Assembly: GCA_964016885.1 (NCBI GenBank)
Contig: OZ024740.1
Location: 2,418,001-2,482,000, forward strand
Length of the DNA: 64,000 bases
Source: Eledone cirrhosa
Lineage: Eukaryota
Direction of reading: 5' to 3'
Both the position numbers and the translations under genes were made by a program. The notes below the pieces were generated by a model that saw only the letters and a program-made list of their open reading frames with translations, was not told the origin of the DNA and did not search any database. Position 1 is the stretch's first letter. Each line of letters begins with the position of its first letter. This document shows positions 31,001 to 44,889 of this stretch, one piece after another.

Positions 31001-34000
31001 TAAAGTGGTCATGTAGGTGTCACAATAAAAAGTACCTGGTCCTCACTATAAAGTGGTCATGTAGGTGTCACAATAAAAAGTATCCAGCCCACACTGTAAA
31101 GTGTTCATGTAGGTGTCACAATAAAAGGTACCCAGCCCACACTGTAAAGTGGTCATGTAGGTGTCACAACAAAAAGTACCCAGCCCACACTATAAAGTGG
31201 TCATGTAGGTGTCACAATAACAAGTATCCAGCCCACACTGTAAAGTGGTCATGTAGGTGTCACAATAAAAAGTATCCAGCCCACACTGTAAAGTGGTCAT
31301 GTAGGTGTCACAATAAAAAGTATCCAGCCCACACTATAAAGTGGTCATGTAGGTGTCACAATAAAAAGTATCCAGTCCACACTGTAAAGTGGTCATGTAG
31401 GTGTCACAATAAAAAGTACCCAGCCCACACTGTAAAGTGGTCATGTAGGTGTCACAATAAAAAGTACCTGGTCCTCACTATAAAGTGGTCATGTAGGTGT
31501 CACAGTAAAAAGTACCAGGTCCTCACTATAAACTGGTCATGTAGGTGTCACAATAAAAAGTATCCAGCCCACACTATAAAGTGGTCATGTAGGTGTCACA
31601 ATAAAAAGTACCCAGTCCACACTGTAAAGTGGTCATGTAGGTGTCACAATAAAAAGTACCTGGTCCTCACTATAAAGTGGTCATGTAGGTGTCACAATAA
31701 AAAGTACCTGGTCCTCACTATAAAGTGGTCATGTAGGTGTCACAATAAAAAGTATCCAGCCCACACTATAAAGTGGTCATGTAGGTGTCACAATAAAAAG
31801 TACACAGTCCACACTGTAAAGTGGTCATGTAGGTGTCACAATATAAAGTATGCAGTCCACACTGTAAAGTGGTCATGTAGGTGTCACAATAAAAGGTACC
31901 TGGTCCACACTGTAACGTGGTCATGTAGGTGTCACAATAACAAGTATCCAGCCCACACTGTAAAGTGGTCATGTAGGTGTCACAATAAAAAGTACCCAGT
32001 CCACACTATACAGTGGTCATGTAGGTGTCACAATAAAAAGTATCCAGTCCACACTGTAAAGTGGTCATGAAGGTGTCACAATAAAAAATACCCAGTCCAC
32101 ACTATAAAGTGGTCATGTAGGTGTCACAATAAAAAGTATCCAGTCCACACTGTAAAGTGGTCATGTAGGTGTCACAATAAAAAGTACCTGGTCCTCACTA
32201 TAAAGTGGTCATGTACGTGTCACAATATAAAGTATCCAGCCCACACTGTAAAGTGTTCATGTAGGTGTCACAATAAAAGGTACCCAGCCCACACTGTAAA
32301 GTGGTCATGTAGGTGTCACAACAAAAAGTACCCAGCCCACACTATAAAGTGGTCATGTAGGTGTCACAATAACAAGTATCCAGCCCACACTGTAAAGTGG
32401 TCATGTAGGTGTCACAATAAAAAGTATCCAGCCCACACTGTAAAGTGGTCATGTAGGTGTCACAATAAAAAGTATCCAGCCCACACTATAAAGTGGTCAT
32501 GTAGGTGTCACAATAAAAAGTATCCAGTCCACACTGTAAAGTGGTCATGTAGGTGTCACAATAAAAAGTACCCAGCCCACACTGTAAAGTGGTCATGTAG
32601 GTGTCACAATAAAAAGTACCTGGTCCTCACTATAAAGTGGACATGTAGGTGTCACAATAAAAAGTACCTGGTCCTCACTATAAACTGGTCATGTAGGTGT
32701 CACAATAAAAAGTATCCAGCCCACACTATAAAGTGGTCATGTAGGTGTCACAATAAAAAGTACCCAGTCCACACTGTAAAGTGGTCATGTAGGTGTCACA
32801 ATATAAAGTATGCAGTCCACACTGTAAAGTGGTCATGTATGTGTCACAATAAAAGGTACCTGGTCCACACTGTAACGTGGTCATGTAGGTGTCACAATAA
32901 CAAGTATCCAGCCCACACTGTAAAGTGGTCATGTAGGTGTCACAATAAAAAGTACCTGGTCCTCACTATAAAGTGGTCATCTATGTGTCACAATAAAATG
33001 TACCTGGTCCTCACTATAAAGTGATCATGTAGGTGTCACAATAACAAGTATCCAGTCCACATTGTAAAGTGGTCATGTAGGTGTCACAATAAAAAGTACC
33101 CAGTCCTCACTATAAAGTGGTCATGAAGGTGTCACAATAAAAAGTACCCAGTCCACACTATAAAGTGGTCATGTAGGTGTCACAATGAAAAGTATCCAGT
33201 CCACACTATAAAGTGGTCATGTAGGTGTCACAATAAAAAGTACCCAGCCCACACTGTAAAGTGGTCATGTAGGTGTCACAATAACAAGTACCCAGCCCAC
33301 ACTGTAAAGTGGTCATGCAGGTGTCACAATAACAAGTACCCAGTCCACACTGTAAAGTGGTCATGTAGGTGTCACAATTAAAAGTACCCAGCCCACACTA
33401 TAAAGTGGTCATGTAGGTGTCACAATAACAAGTACCCAGCCCACACTATAAAGTGGTCATGTAGGTGTCACAATAACAAGTACCCAGTCCACACTGTAAA
33501 GTGGTCATGTAGGTGTCACAATAAAAAGTACCCAGCCCACACTATAAAGTGGTCATGTAGGTGTCACAATAAAAAGTATCCAGCCCACACTGTAAAGTGG
33601 TCATGAAGGTGTCACAATAAAAAGTATCCAGCTCACACTATAAAGTGGTCATGTAGGTGTCACAATAAAAAGTATCCAGCCCACACTATAAAGTGGTCAT
33701 GTAGGTGTCACAATAAAAAGTACCCAGCCAACACTATAAAGTGGACATGTAGGTGTCACAATAAAAAGTATCCAGCCCACGCTATAAAGTGGTCATGTAG
33801 GTGTCACAATAACAAGTATCCAGCCCACACTGTAAAGTGGTCATGTAGGTGTCACAATAACAAGTACCCAGTCCACACTATAAAGTGGTCATGCAGGTGT
33901 CACAATAAAAAGTATCCAGTCCACACTGTAAAGTGGTCATGTAGGTGTCACAATAAAAAGTACCTGGTCCTCACTATAAAGTGGTCATGTAGGTGTCACA

Positions 34001-36253
34001 ATAAAAAGTATCCAGCCCACACTGTAAAGTGTTCATGTAGGTGTCACAATAAAAGGTACCCAGCCCACACTGTAAAGTGGTCATGTAGGTGTCACAATAA
34101 AAAGTACCCAGCCCACACTATAAAGTGGTCATGTAGGTCTCACAATAACAAGTATCCAGCCCACACTGTAAAGTGGTCATGTAGGTGTCACAATAAAAAG
34201 TTTCCAGCCCACACTGTAAAGTGGTCATGTAGGTGTCACAATAAAAAGTATCCAGCCCACACTATAAAGTGGTCATGTAGGTGTCACAATAAAAAGTATC
34301 CAGCCCACACTGTAAAGTGGTCATGTAGGTGTCACAATAAAAAGTATCCAGCCCACACTATAAAGTGGTCATGTAGGTGTCACAATAAAAAGTATCCAGC
34401 CCACACTCTAAAGTGGTCATGTAGGTGTCACAATAAAAGTACCTGGTCCTCACTATAAAGTGGTCATGTAGGTGTCACAATAAAAAGTACCTGGTCCTCA
34501 CTATAAACTGGTCATGTAGGTGTCACAATAAAAAGTATCCAGCCCACACTTTACAGTGGTCATGTAGGTGTCACAATAAAAAGTACCCAGCCCACACTAT
34601 AAAGTGGTCATGTAGGTCTCACAATAACAAGTATCCAGCCCACACTGTAAAGTGGTCATGTAGGTGTCACAATAAAAAGTATCCAGCCCACACTTTAAAG
34701 TGGTCATGTAGGTGTCACAATAAAAAGTATCCAGCCCACACTATAAAGTGGTCATGTAGGTGTCACAATAAAAAGTATCCAGCCCACACTCTAAAGTGTT
34801 CATGTAGGTGTCACAATAAAAGTACCTGGTCCTCACTATAAAGTGGTCATGTAGGTGTCACAATAAAAAGTACCTGGTCCTCACTATAAACTGGTCATGT
34901 AGGTGTCACAATAAAAAGTATCCAGCCCACACTATAAAGTGGTCATGTAGGTGTCACAATAAAAAGTATCCAGTCCACACTGTAAAGTGGTCATGTAGGT
35001 GTCACAATAAAAAGTACCCAGCCCACACTGTAAAGTGGTCATGTAGGTGTCACAATAAAAAGTACCTGGTCCTCACTATAAAGTGTTCATGTAGGTGTCA
35101 CAACAAAAAGTACCTGGTCCTCACTATAAAGTGGTCATGTAGGTATCACAATAAAAAGTACCCAGCCCACACTGTAAAGTGGTCATGTAGGTGTCACAAT
35201 AAAAAGTACCTGGTCCTCACTATAAAGTGTTCATGTAGGTGTCACAACAAAAAGTACCTGGTCCTCACTATAAAGTGGTCATGTAGGTATCACAATAAAA
35301 AGTACCCAGCCCACACTGTAAAGTGGTCATGTAGGTGTCACAATAAAAAGTACCTGGTCCTCACTATAAGTGGTCATGTAGGTGTCACAATAAAAAGTAT
35401 CCAGCCCACACTATAAAGTGGTCATGTAGGTGTCACAATAAAAAGTACCCAGTCCACACTGTAAAGTGGTCATGTAGGTGTCACAATAAAAAGTATCCAG
35501 TCCACACCGTAAAGTGGCCATGTAGGTGTTACAATAAAAAGTACCTGGTCCACACTGTAACGTGGTCATGTAGGTGTCACAATAACAAGTATCCAGCCCA
35601 CACTGTAAAGTGGTCATGTAGGTGTCACAATAAAAAGTACCTGGTCCTCACTATAAAGTGGTCATGTAGGTGTCACAATAAAAAGTACCTGGTCCTCACT
35701 ATAAAGTGGTCATGTAGGTGTCACAATAACAAGTATCCAGCCCACACTGTAAAGTGGTCATGTAGGTGTCACAATAACAAGTATCCAGCCCACACTGTAA
35801 AGTGGTCATGTAGGTGTCACAATAACAAGTACCCAGTCCACACTGTAAAGTGGTCATGTAGGTGTCACAATAACAAGTACCTAGTCCACACTGTAAAGTG
35901 GTTATGTAGGTGTCGCAATAAAAAGTACTCAGCCCACACTATAAAGTGTTCATGTAGGTGTCACAATAACAAGTACCCAGCCCACACTATAAAGTGGTCA
36001 TGTAGGTGTCACAATAAAAAGTACCCAGCCCACACTGTAAAGTGGTCATGTAGGTGTCACAATAACAAGTACCCAGTCCACACTGTAAAGTGGTCATGTA
36101 GGTGTCACAATAAAAAGTACCCAGCCCACACTATAAAGTGGTCATGTAGGTGTCACAATAACAAGTACCCAGCCCACACTATGAAGTGGTCATGTAGGTG
36201 TCACAATAACAAGTACCCAGTCCACACTGTAAAGTGGTCATGTAGGTGTCACT

Positions 36254-39200
36254 ATAAAAAGTACCCAGCCCACACTATAAAGTGGTCATGTAGGTGTCAC
36301 AATAAAATGTATCCAGTCCACACTATAAAGTGGTCATGTAGGTGTCACAATAAAAAGTATCCAGTCCACACCGTTAAGTGGTCATGTAGGTGTCACAATA
36401 AAAAGTACCCAGCCCACACTGTAAAGAGGTCATGTAGGTGTCACAATAAAAAGTACCTGGTCCACACTGTAAAGTGGTCATGTAGGTTTCACAATAAAAA
36501 GTACCCGGTCCTCACTATAAAGTGGTCATGTAGGTGTCACAATAAAAAGTATCCAGTCCACACTGTAAAGTGGTCATGTAGGTGTCACAATAAAAAGTAC
36601 CCAGTCCACACTGTAAAGTGGTCATGTAGGTGTCACAATTAAAAGTATCCAGTCCACACTATAAAGTGGTCATGTAGGTGTCACAATAAAAAGTATCCAG
36701 CCCACACTGTAAAGTGGTCATGTAGGTGTCACAATAACAAGTACCCAGTCCACACTGTAAAGTGGTCATGTAGGTGTCACAATAAAAAGTACCCAGCCCA
36801 CACTGTAAAGTGGTCATGAAGGTGTCACAATAAAAAGTATCCAGCTCACACTATAAAGTGGTCATGTAGGTGTCACAATAAAAAGTATCCAGACCACACT
36901 ATTAAGTGGTCATGTAGGTGTCACAATAAAAAGTACCCAGCCCACACTATAAAGTGGTCATGTAGGTGTCACAATAAAAAGTACCCAGTCCACACTGTAA
37001 AGTGGTCATGTAGTTGTCACAATAAAAAGTATCCAGCCCACACTATAAAGTGGTCATGTAGGTGTCACAATAACAAGTACCCAGCCCACACTATAAAGTG
37101 GTCATGTAGGTCTCACAATAACAAGTATCCAGCCCACACTGTAAAGTGGTCATGTAGGTGTCACAATAAAAAGTTTCCAGCCCACACTGTAAAGTGGTCA
37201 TGTAGGTGTCACAATAAAAAGTATCCAGCCCACACTATAAAGTGGTCATGTAGGTGTCACAATAAAAAGTATCCAGCCCACACTGTAAAGTGGTCAAGTA
37301 GGTGTCACAATAAAAAGTACCTGGTCCTCACTGTAAAGTGGTCATGTAGGTGTCACAATAAAAAGTACCCAGCCCACACTATAAAGTGGTCATGTAGGTC
37401 TCACAATAACAAGTATCCAGCCCACACTGTAAAGTGGTCATGTAGGTGTCACAATAAAAAGTATCCAGCGCACACTGTAAAGTGGTCATGTAGGTGTCAC
37501 AATAAAAAGTATCCAGCCCACACTGTAAAGTGGTCATATAGGTGTCACAATAAAAAGTATCCAGCCCACGCTGTAAAGTGGTCATGTAGGTGTCACAATA
37601 AAAAGTATCCAGTCCACACTGTAAAGTGGTCATGTAGGTGTCACAATAAAAAGTACCTGGTCCTCACTATAAAGTGGTCATGTAGGTGTCACAATAAAAA
37701 GTATCCAGCCCACACTGTAAAGTGTTCATGTAGGTGTCACAATAAAAGGTACCCAGCCCACACTGTAAAGTGGTCATGTAGGTGTCACAATAAAAAGTAC
37801 CCAGCCCACACTATAAAGTGGTCATGTAGGTCTCACAATAACAAGTATCCAGCCCACACTGTAAAGTGGTCATGTAGGTGTCACAATAAAAAGTTTCCAG
37901 CCCACACTGTAAAGTGGTCATGTAGGTGTCACAATAAAAAGTATCCAGCCCACACTATAAAGTGGTCATGTAGGTGTCACAATAAAAAGTATCCAGCCCA
38001 CACTGTAAAGTGGTCATGTAGGTGTCACAATAAAAAGTACCTGGTCCTCACTGTAAAGTGGTCATGTAGGTGTCACAATAAAAAGTACCCAGCCCACACT
38101 ATAAAGTGGTCATGTAGGTCTCACAATAACAAGTATCCAGCCCACACTGTAAAGTGGTCATGTAGGTGTCACAATAAAAAGTATCCAGCCCACACTTTAA
38201 AGTGGTCATGTAGGTGTCACAATAAAAAGTATCCAGCCCACACTATAAAGTGGTCATGTAGGTGTCACAATAAAAAGTATCCAGCCCACACTCTAAAGTG
38301 TTCATGTAGGTGTCACAATAAAAGTACCTGGTCCTCACTATAAAGTGGTCATGTAGGTGTCACAATAAAAAGTACCTGGTCCTCACTATAAACTGGTCAT
38401 GTAGGTGTCACAATAAAAAGTATCCAGCCCACACTATAAAGTGGTCATGTAGGTGTCACAATAAAAAGTACCCAGTCCACACTGTAAAGTGGTCATGTAG
38501 GTGTCACAATAAAAAGTATCCAGTCCACACTGTAAAGTGGTCATGTAGGTGTCACAATAAAAAGTACCCAGCCCACACTGTAAAGTGGTCATGTAGGTGT
38601 CACAATAAAAAGTACCTGGTCCTCACTATAAAGTGTTCATGTAGGTGTCACAACAAAAAGTACCTGGTCCTCACTATAAAGTGGTCATGTAGGTATCACA
38701 ATAAAAAGTACCCAGCCCACACTGTAAAGTGGTCATGTAGGTGTCACAATAAAAAGTACCTGGTCCTCACTATAAAGTGTTCATGTCGGTGTCACAACAA
38801 AAAGTACCTGGTCCTCACTATAAAGTGGTCATGTAGGTATCACAATAAAAAGTACCCAGCCCACACTGTAAAGTGGTCATGTAGGTGTCACAATAAAAAG
38901 TACCTGGTCCTCACTATAAGTGGTCATGTAGGTGTCACAATAAAAAGTATCCAGCCCACACTATAAAGTGGTCATGTAGGTGTCACAATAAAAAGTACCC
39001 AGTCCACACTGTAAAGTGGTCATGTAGGTGTCACAATAAAAAGTATCCAGTCCACACCGTAAAGTGGCCATGTAGGTGTTACAATAAAAAGTACCTGGTC
39101 CACACTGTAACGTGGTCATGTAGGTGTCACAATAACAAGTATCCAGCCCACACTGTAAAGTGGTCATGTAGGTGTCACAATAAAAAGTACCTGGTCCTCA

Positions 39201-42200
39201 CTATAAAGTGGTCATGTAGGTGTCACAATAAAAAGTACCTGGTCCTCACTATAAAGTGGTCATGTAGGTGTCACAATAACAAGTATCCAGCCCACACTGT
39301 AAAGTGGTCATGTAGGTGTCACAATAACAAGTATCCAGCCCACACTGTAAAGTGGTCATGTAGGTGTCACAATAACAAGTACCCAGTCCACACTGTAAAG
39401 TGGTCATGTAGGTGTCACAATAACAAGTACCTAGTCCACACTGTAAAGTGGTTATGTAGGTGTCGCAATAAAAAGTACTCAGCCCACACTATAAAGTGTT
39501 CATGTAGGTGTCACAATAACAAGTACCCAGCCCACACTATAAAGTGGTCATGTAGGTGTCACAATAAAAAGTACCCAGCCCACACTGTAAAGTGGTCATG
39601 TAGGTGTCACAATAACAAGTACCCAGTCCACACTGTAAAGTGGTCATGTAGGTGTCACAATAAAAAGTACCCAGCCCACACTATAAAGTGGTCATGTAGG
39701 TGTCACAATAACAAGTACCCAGCCCACACTATGAAGTGGTCATGTAGGTGTCACAATAACAAGTACCCAGTCCACACTGTAAAGTGGTCATGTAGGTGTC
39801 ACAATAAAAAGTACCCAGCCCACACTATAAAGTGGTCATGTAGGTGTCACAATAAAATGTATCCAGTCCACACTATAAAGTGGTCATGTAGGTGTCACAA
39901 TAAAAAGTATCCAGTCCACACCGTTAAGTGGTCATGTAGGTGTCACAATAAAAAGTACCCAGCCCACACTGTAAAGTGGTCATGTAGGTGTCACAATAAA
40001 AAGTACCTGGTCCACACTGTAAAGTGGTCATGTAGGTTTCACAATAAAAAGTACCCGGTCCTCACTATAAAGTGGTCATGTAGGTGTCACAATAAAAAGT
40101 ATCCAGTCCACACTGTGAAGTGGTCAAGTAGGTGTCACAATAAAAAGTACCCAGTCCACACTGTAAAGTGGTCATGTAGGTGTCACAATTAAAAGTATCC
40201 AGTCCACACTATAAAGTGGTCATGTAGGTGTCACAATAAAAAGTATCCAGCCCACACTGTAAAGTGGTCATGTAGGTGTCACAATAACAAGTACCCAGTC
40301 CACACTGTAAAGTGGTCATGTAGGTGTCACAATAAAAAGTACCCAGCCCACACTGTAAAGTGGTCATGAAGGTGTCACAATAAAAAGTATCCAGCTCACA
40401 CTATAAAGTGGTCATGTAGGTGTCACAATAAAAAGTATCCAGACCACACTATAAAGTGGTCATGTAGGTGTCACAATAAAAAGTACCCAGCCCACACTAT
40501 AAAGTGGTCATGTAGGTGTCACAATAAAAAGTACCCAGTCCACACTGTAAAGTGGTCATGTAGTTGTCACAATAAAAAGTACCCAGCCCACACTATAAAG
40601 TGGTCATGTAGGTGTCACAATAAAATGTATCCAGTCCACACTATAAAGTGGTCATGTAGGTGTCACAATAAAAAGTATCCAGTCCACACCGTTAAGTGGT
40701 CATGTAGGTGTCACAATAAAAAGTACCCAGCCCACACTGTAAAGAGGTCATGTAGGTGTCACAATAAAAAGTACCTGGTCCACACTGTAAAGTGGTCATG
40801 TAGGTTTCACAATAAAAAGTACCCGGTCCTCACTATAAAGTGGTCATGTAGGTGTCACAATAAAAAGTATCCAGTCCACACTGTAAAGTGGTCATGTAGG
40901 TGTCACAATAAAAAGTACCCAGTCCACACTGTAAAGTGGTCATGTAGGTGTCACAATTAAAAGTATCCAGTCCACACTATAAAGTGGTCATGTAGGTGTC
41001 ACAATAAAAAGTATCCAGCCCACACTGTAAAGTGGTCATGTAGGTGTCACAATAACAAGTACCCAGTCCACACTGTAAAGTGGTCATGTAGGTGTCACAA
41101 TAAAAAGTACCCAGCCCACACTGTAAAGTGGTCATGAAGGTGTCACAATAAAAAGTATCCAGCTCACACTATAAAGTGGTCATGTAGGTGTCACAATAAA
41201 AAGTATCCAGACCACACTATTAAGTGGTCATGTAGGTGTCACAATAAAAAGTACCCAGCCCACACTATAAAGTGGTCATGTAGGTGTCACAATAAAAAGT
41301 ACCCAGTCCACACTGTAAAGTGGTCATGTAGTTGTCACAATAAAAAGTATCCAGCCCACACTATAAAGTGGTCATGTAGGTGTCACAATAACAAGTACCC
41401 AGCCCACACTATAAAGTGGTCATGTAGGTCTCACAATAACAAGTATCCAGCCCACACTGTAAAGTGGTCATGTAGGTGTCACAATAAAAAGTTTCCAGCC
41501 CACACTGTAAAGTGGTCATGTAGGTGTCACAATAAAAAGTATCCAGCCCACACTATAAAGTGGTCATGTAGGTGTCACAATAAAAAGTATCCAGCCCACA
41601 CTGTAAAGTGGTCAAGTAGGTGTCACAATAAAAAGTACCTGGTCCTCACTGTAAAGTGGTCATGTAGGTGTCACAATAAAAAGTACCCAGCCCACACTAT
41701 AAAGTGGTCATGTAGGTCTCACAATAACAAGTATCCAGCCCACACTGTAAAGTGGTCATGTAGGTGTCACAATAAAAAGTATCCAGCGCACACTGTAAAG
41801 TGGTCATGTAGGTGTCACAATAAAAAGTATCCAGCCCACACTGTAAAGTGGTCATATAGGTGTCACAATAAAAAGTATCCAGCCCACGCTGTAAAGTGGT
41901 CATGTAGGTGTCACAATAAAAAGTATCCAGTCCACACTGTAAAGTGGTCATGTAGGTGTCACAATAAAAAGTACCTGGTCCTCACTATAAAGTGGTCATG
42001 TAGGTGTCACAATAAAAAGTATCCAGCCCACACTGTAAAGTGTTCATGTAGGTGTCACAATAAAAGGTACCCAGCCCACACTGTAAAGTGGTCATGTAGG
42101 TGTCACAATAAAAAGTACCCAGCCCACACTATAAAGTGGTCATGTAGGTCTCACAATAACAAGTATCCAGCCCACACTGTAAAGTGGTCATGTAGGTGTC

Positions 42201-44889
42201 ACAATAAAAAGTTTCCAGCCCACACTGTAAAGTGGTCATGTAGGTGTCACAATAAAAAGTATCCAGCCCACACTATAAAGTGGTCATGTAGGTGTCACAA
42301 TAAAAAGTATCCAGCCCACACTGTAAAGTGGTCATGTAGGTGTCACAATAAAAAGTACCTGGTCCTCACTGTAAAGTGGTCATGTAGGTGTCACAATAAA
42401 AAGTACCCAGCCCACACTATAAAGTGGTCATGTAGGTCTCACAATAACAAGTATCCAGCCCACACTGTAAAGTGGTCATGTAGGTGTCACAATAAAAAGT
42501 ATCCAGCCCACACTTTAAAGTGGTCATGTAGGTGTCACAATAAAAAGTATCCAGCCCACACTATAAAGTGGTCATGTAGGTGTCACAATAAAAAGTATCC
42601 AGCCCACACTCTAAAGTGTTCATGTAGGTGTCACAATAAAAGTACCTGGTCCTCACTATAAAGTGGTCATGTAGGTGTCACAATAAAAAGTACCTGGTCC
42701 TCACTATAAACTGGTCATGTAGGTGTCACAATAAAAAGTATCCAGCCCACACTATAAAGTGGTCATGTAGGTGTCACAATAAAAAGTACCCAGTCCACAC
42801 TGTAAAGTGGTCATGTAGGTGTCACAATAAAAAGTATCCAGTCCACACTGTAAAGTGGTCATGTAGGTGTCACAATAAAAAGTACCCAGCCCACACTGTA
42901 AAGTGGTCATGTAGGTGTCACAATAAAAAGTACCTGGTCCTCACTATAAAGTGTTCATGTAGGTGTCACAACAAAAAGTACCTGGTCCTCACTATAAAGT
43001 GGTCATGTAGGTATCACAATAAAAAGTACCCAGCCCACACTGTAAAGTGGTCATGTAGGTGTCACAATAAAAAGTACCTGGTCCTCACTATAAAGTGTTC
43101 ATGTCGGTGTCACAACAAAAAGTACCTGGTCCTCACTATAAAGTGGTCATGTAGGTATCACAATAAAAAGTACCCAGCCCACACTGTAAAGTGGTCATGT
43201 AGGTGTCACAATAAAAAGTACCTGGTCCTCACTATAAGTGGTCATGTAGGTGTCACAATAAAAAGTATCCAGCCCACACTATAAAGTGGTCATGTAGGTG
43301 TCACAATAAAAAGTACCCAGTCCACACTGTAAAGTGGTCATGTAGGTGTCACAATAAAAAGTATCCAGTCCACACCGTAAAGTGGCCATGTAGGTGTTAC
43401 AATAAAAAGTACCTGGTCCACACTGTAACGTGGTCATGTAGGTGTCACAATAACAAGTATCCAGCCCACACTGTAAAGTGGTCATGTAGGTGTCACAATA
43501 AAAAGTACCTGGTCCTCACTATAAAGTGGTCATGTAGGTGTCACAATAAAAAGTACCTGGTCCTCACTATAAAGTGGTCATGTAGGTGTCACAATAACAA
43601 GTATCCAGCCCACACTGTAAAGTGGTCATGTAGGTGTCACAATAACAAGTATCCAGCCCACACTGTAAAGTGGTCATGTAGGTGTCACAATAACAAGTAC
43701 CCAGTCCACACTGTAAAGTGGTCATGTAGGTGTCACAATAACAAGTACCTAGTCCACACTGTAAAGTGGTTATGTAGGTGTCGCAATAAAAAGTACTCAG
43801 CCCACACTATAAAGTGTTCATGTAGGTGTCACAATAACAAGTACCCAGCCCACACTATAAAGTGGTCATGTAGGTGTCACAATAAAAAGTACCCAGCCCA
43901 CACTGTAAAGTGGTCATGTAGGTGTCACAATAACAAGTACCCAGTCCACACTGTAAAGTGGTCATGTAGGTGTCACAATAAAAAGTACCCAGCCCACACT
44001 ATAAAGTGGTCATGTAGGTGTCACAATAACAAGTACCCAGCCCACACTATGAAGTGGTCATGTAGGTGTCACAATAACAAGTACCCAGTCCACACTGTAA
44101 AGTGGTCATGTAGGTGTCACAATAAAAAGTACCCAGCCCACACTATAAAGTGGTCATGTAGGTGTCACAATAAAATGTATCCAGTCCACACTATAAAGTG
44201 GTCATGTAGGTGTCACAATAAAAAGTATCCAGTCCACACCGTTAAGTGGTCATGTAGGTGTCACAATAAAAAGTACCCAGCCCACACTGTAAAGTGGTCA
44301 TGTAGGTGTCACAATAAAAAGTACCTGGTCCACACTGTAAAGTGGTCATGTAGGTTTCACAATAAAAAGTACCCGGTCCTCACTATAAAGTGGTCATGTA
44401 GGTGTCACAATAAAAAGTATCCAGTCCACACTGTGAAGTGGTCAAGTAGGTGTCACAATAAAAAGTACCCAGTCCACACTGTAAAGTGGTCATGTAGGTG
44501 TCACAATTAAAAGTATCCAGTCCACACTATAAAGTGGTCATGTAGGTGTCACAATAAAAAGTATCCAGCCCACACTGTAAAGTGGTCATGTAGGTGTCAC
44601 AATAACAAGTACCCAGTCCACACTGTAAAGTGGTCATGTAGGTGTCACAATAAAAAGTACCCAGCCCACACTGTAAAGTGGTCATGAAGGTGTCACAATA
44701 AAAAGTATCCAGCTCACACTATAAAGTGGTCATGTAGGTGTCACAATAAAAAGTATCCAGACCACACTATAAAGTGGTCATGTAGGTGTCACAATAAAAA
44801 GTACCCAGCCCACACTATAAAGTGGTCATGTAGGTGTCACAATAAAAAGTACCCAGTCCACACTGTAAAGTGGTCATGTAGTTGTCACA
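36254..44889. repeat. 4318-bp (90-monomer) recent tandem duplication, junction at about 40572-40581
   Basis: Private variants repeat at exactly +4318: GTAAAGAGG 36421/40739, ATTAAG 36901/41219, TCATGTCGG 38781/43099, CTGTGAAGTGGTCAAG 40113/44431. Confidence 0.9.

Larger units (their letters stand above)
5700..33500. repeat. Array sub-domain B: mosaic 3-5 kb higher-order repeats (marker CATCTATGTG followed by AAAGTGATC)
   Basis: The marker pair recurs about 15 times between ~7.5 kb and ~33.0 kb and then disappears. Identical or near-identical ORFs recur at offsets 5036, 3021, 7193, 3886 and 3214. Confidence 0.75.
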
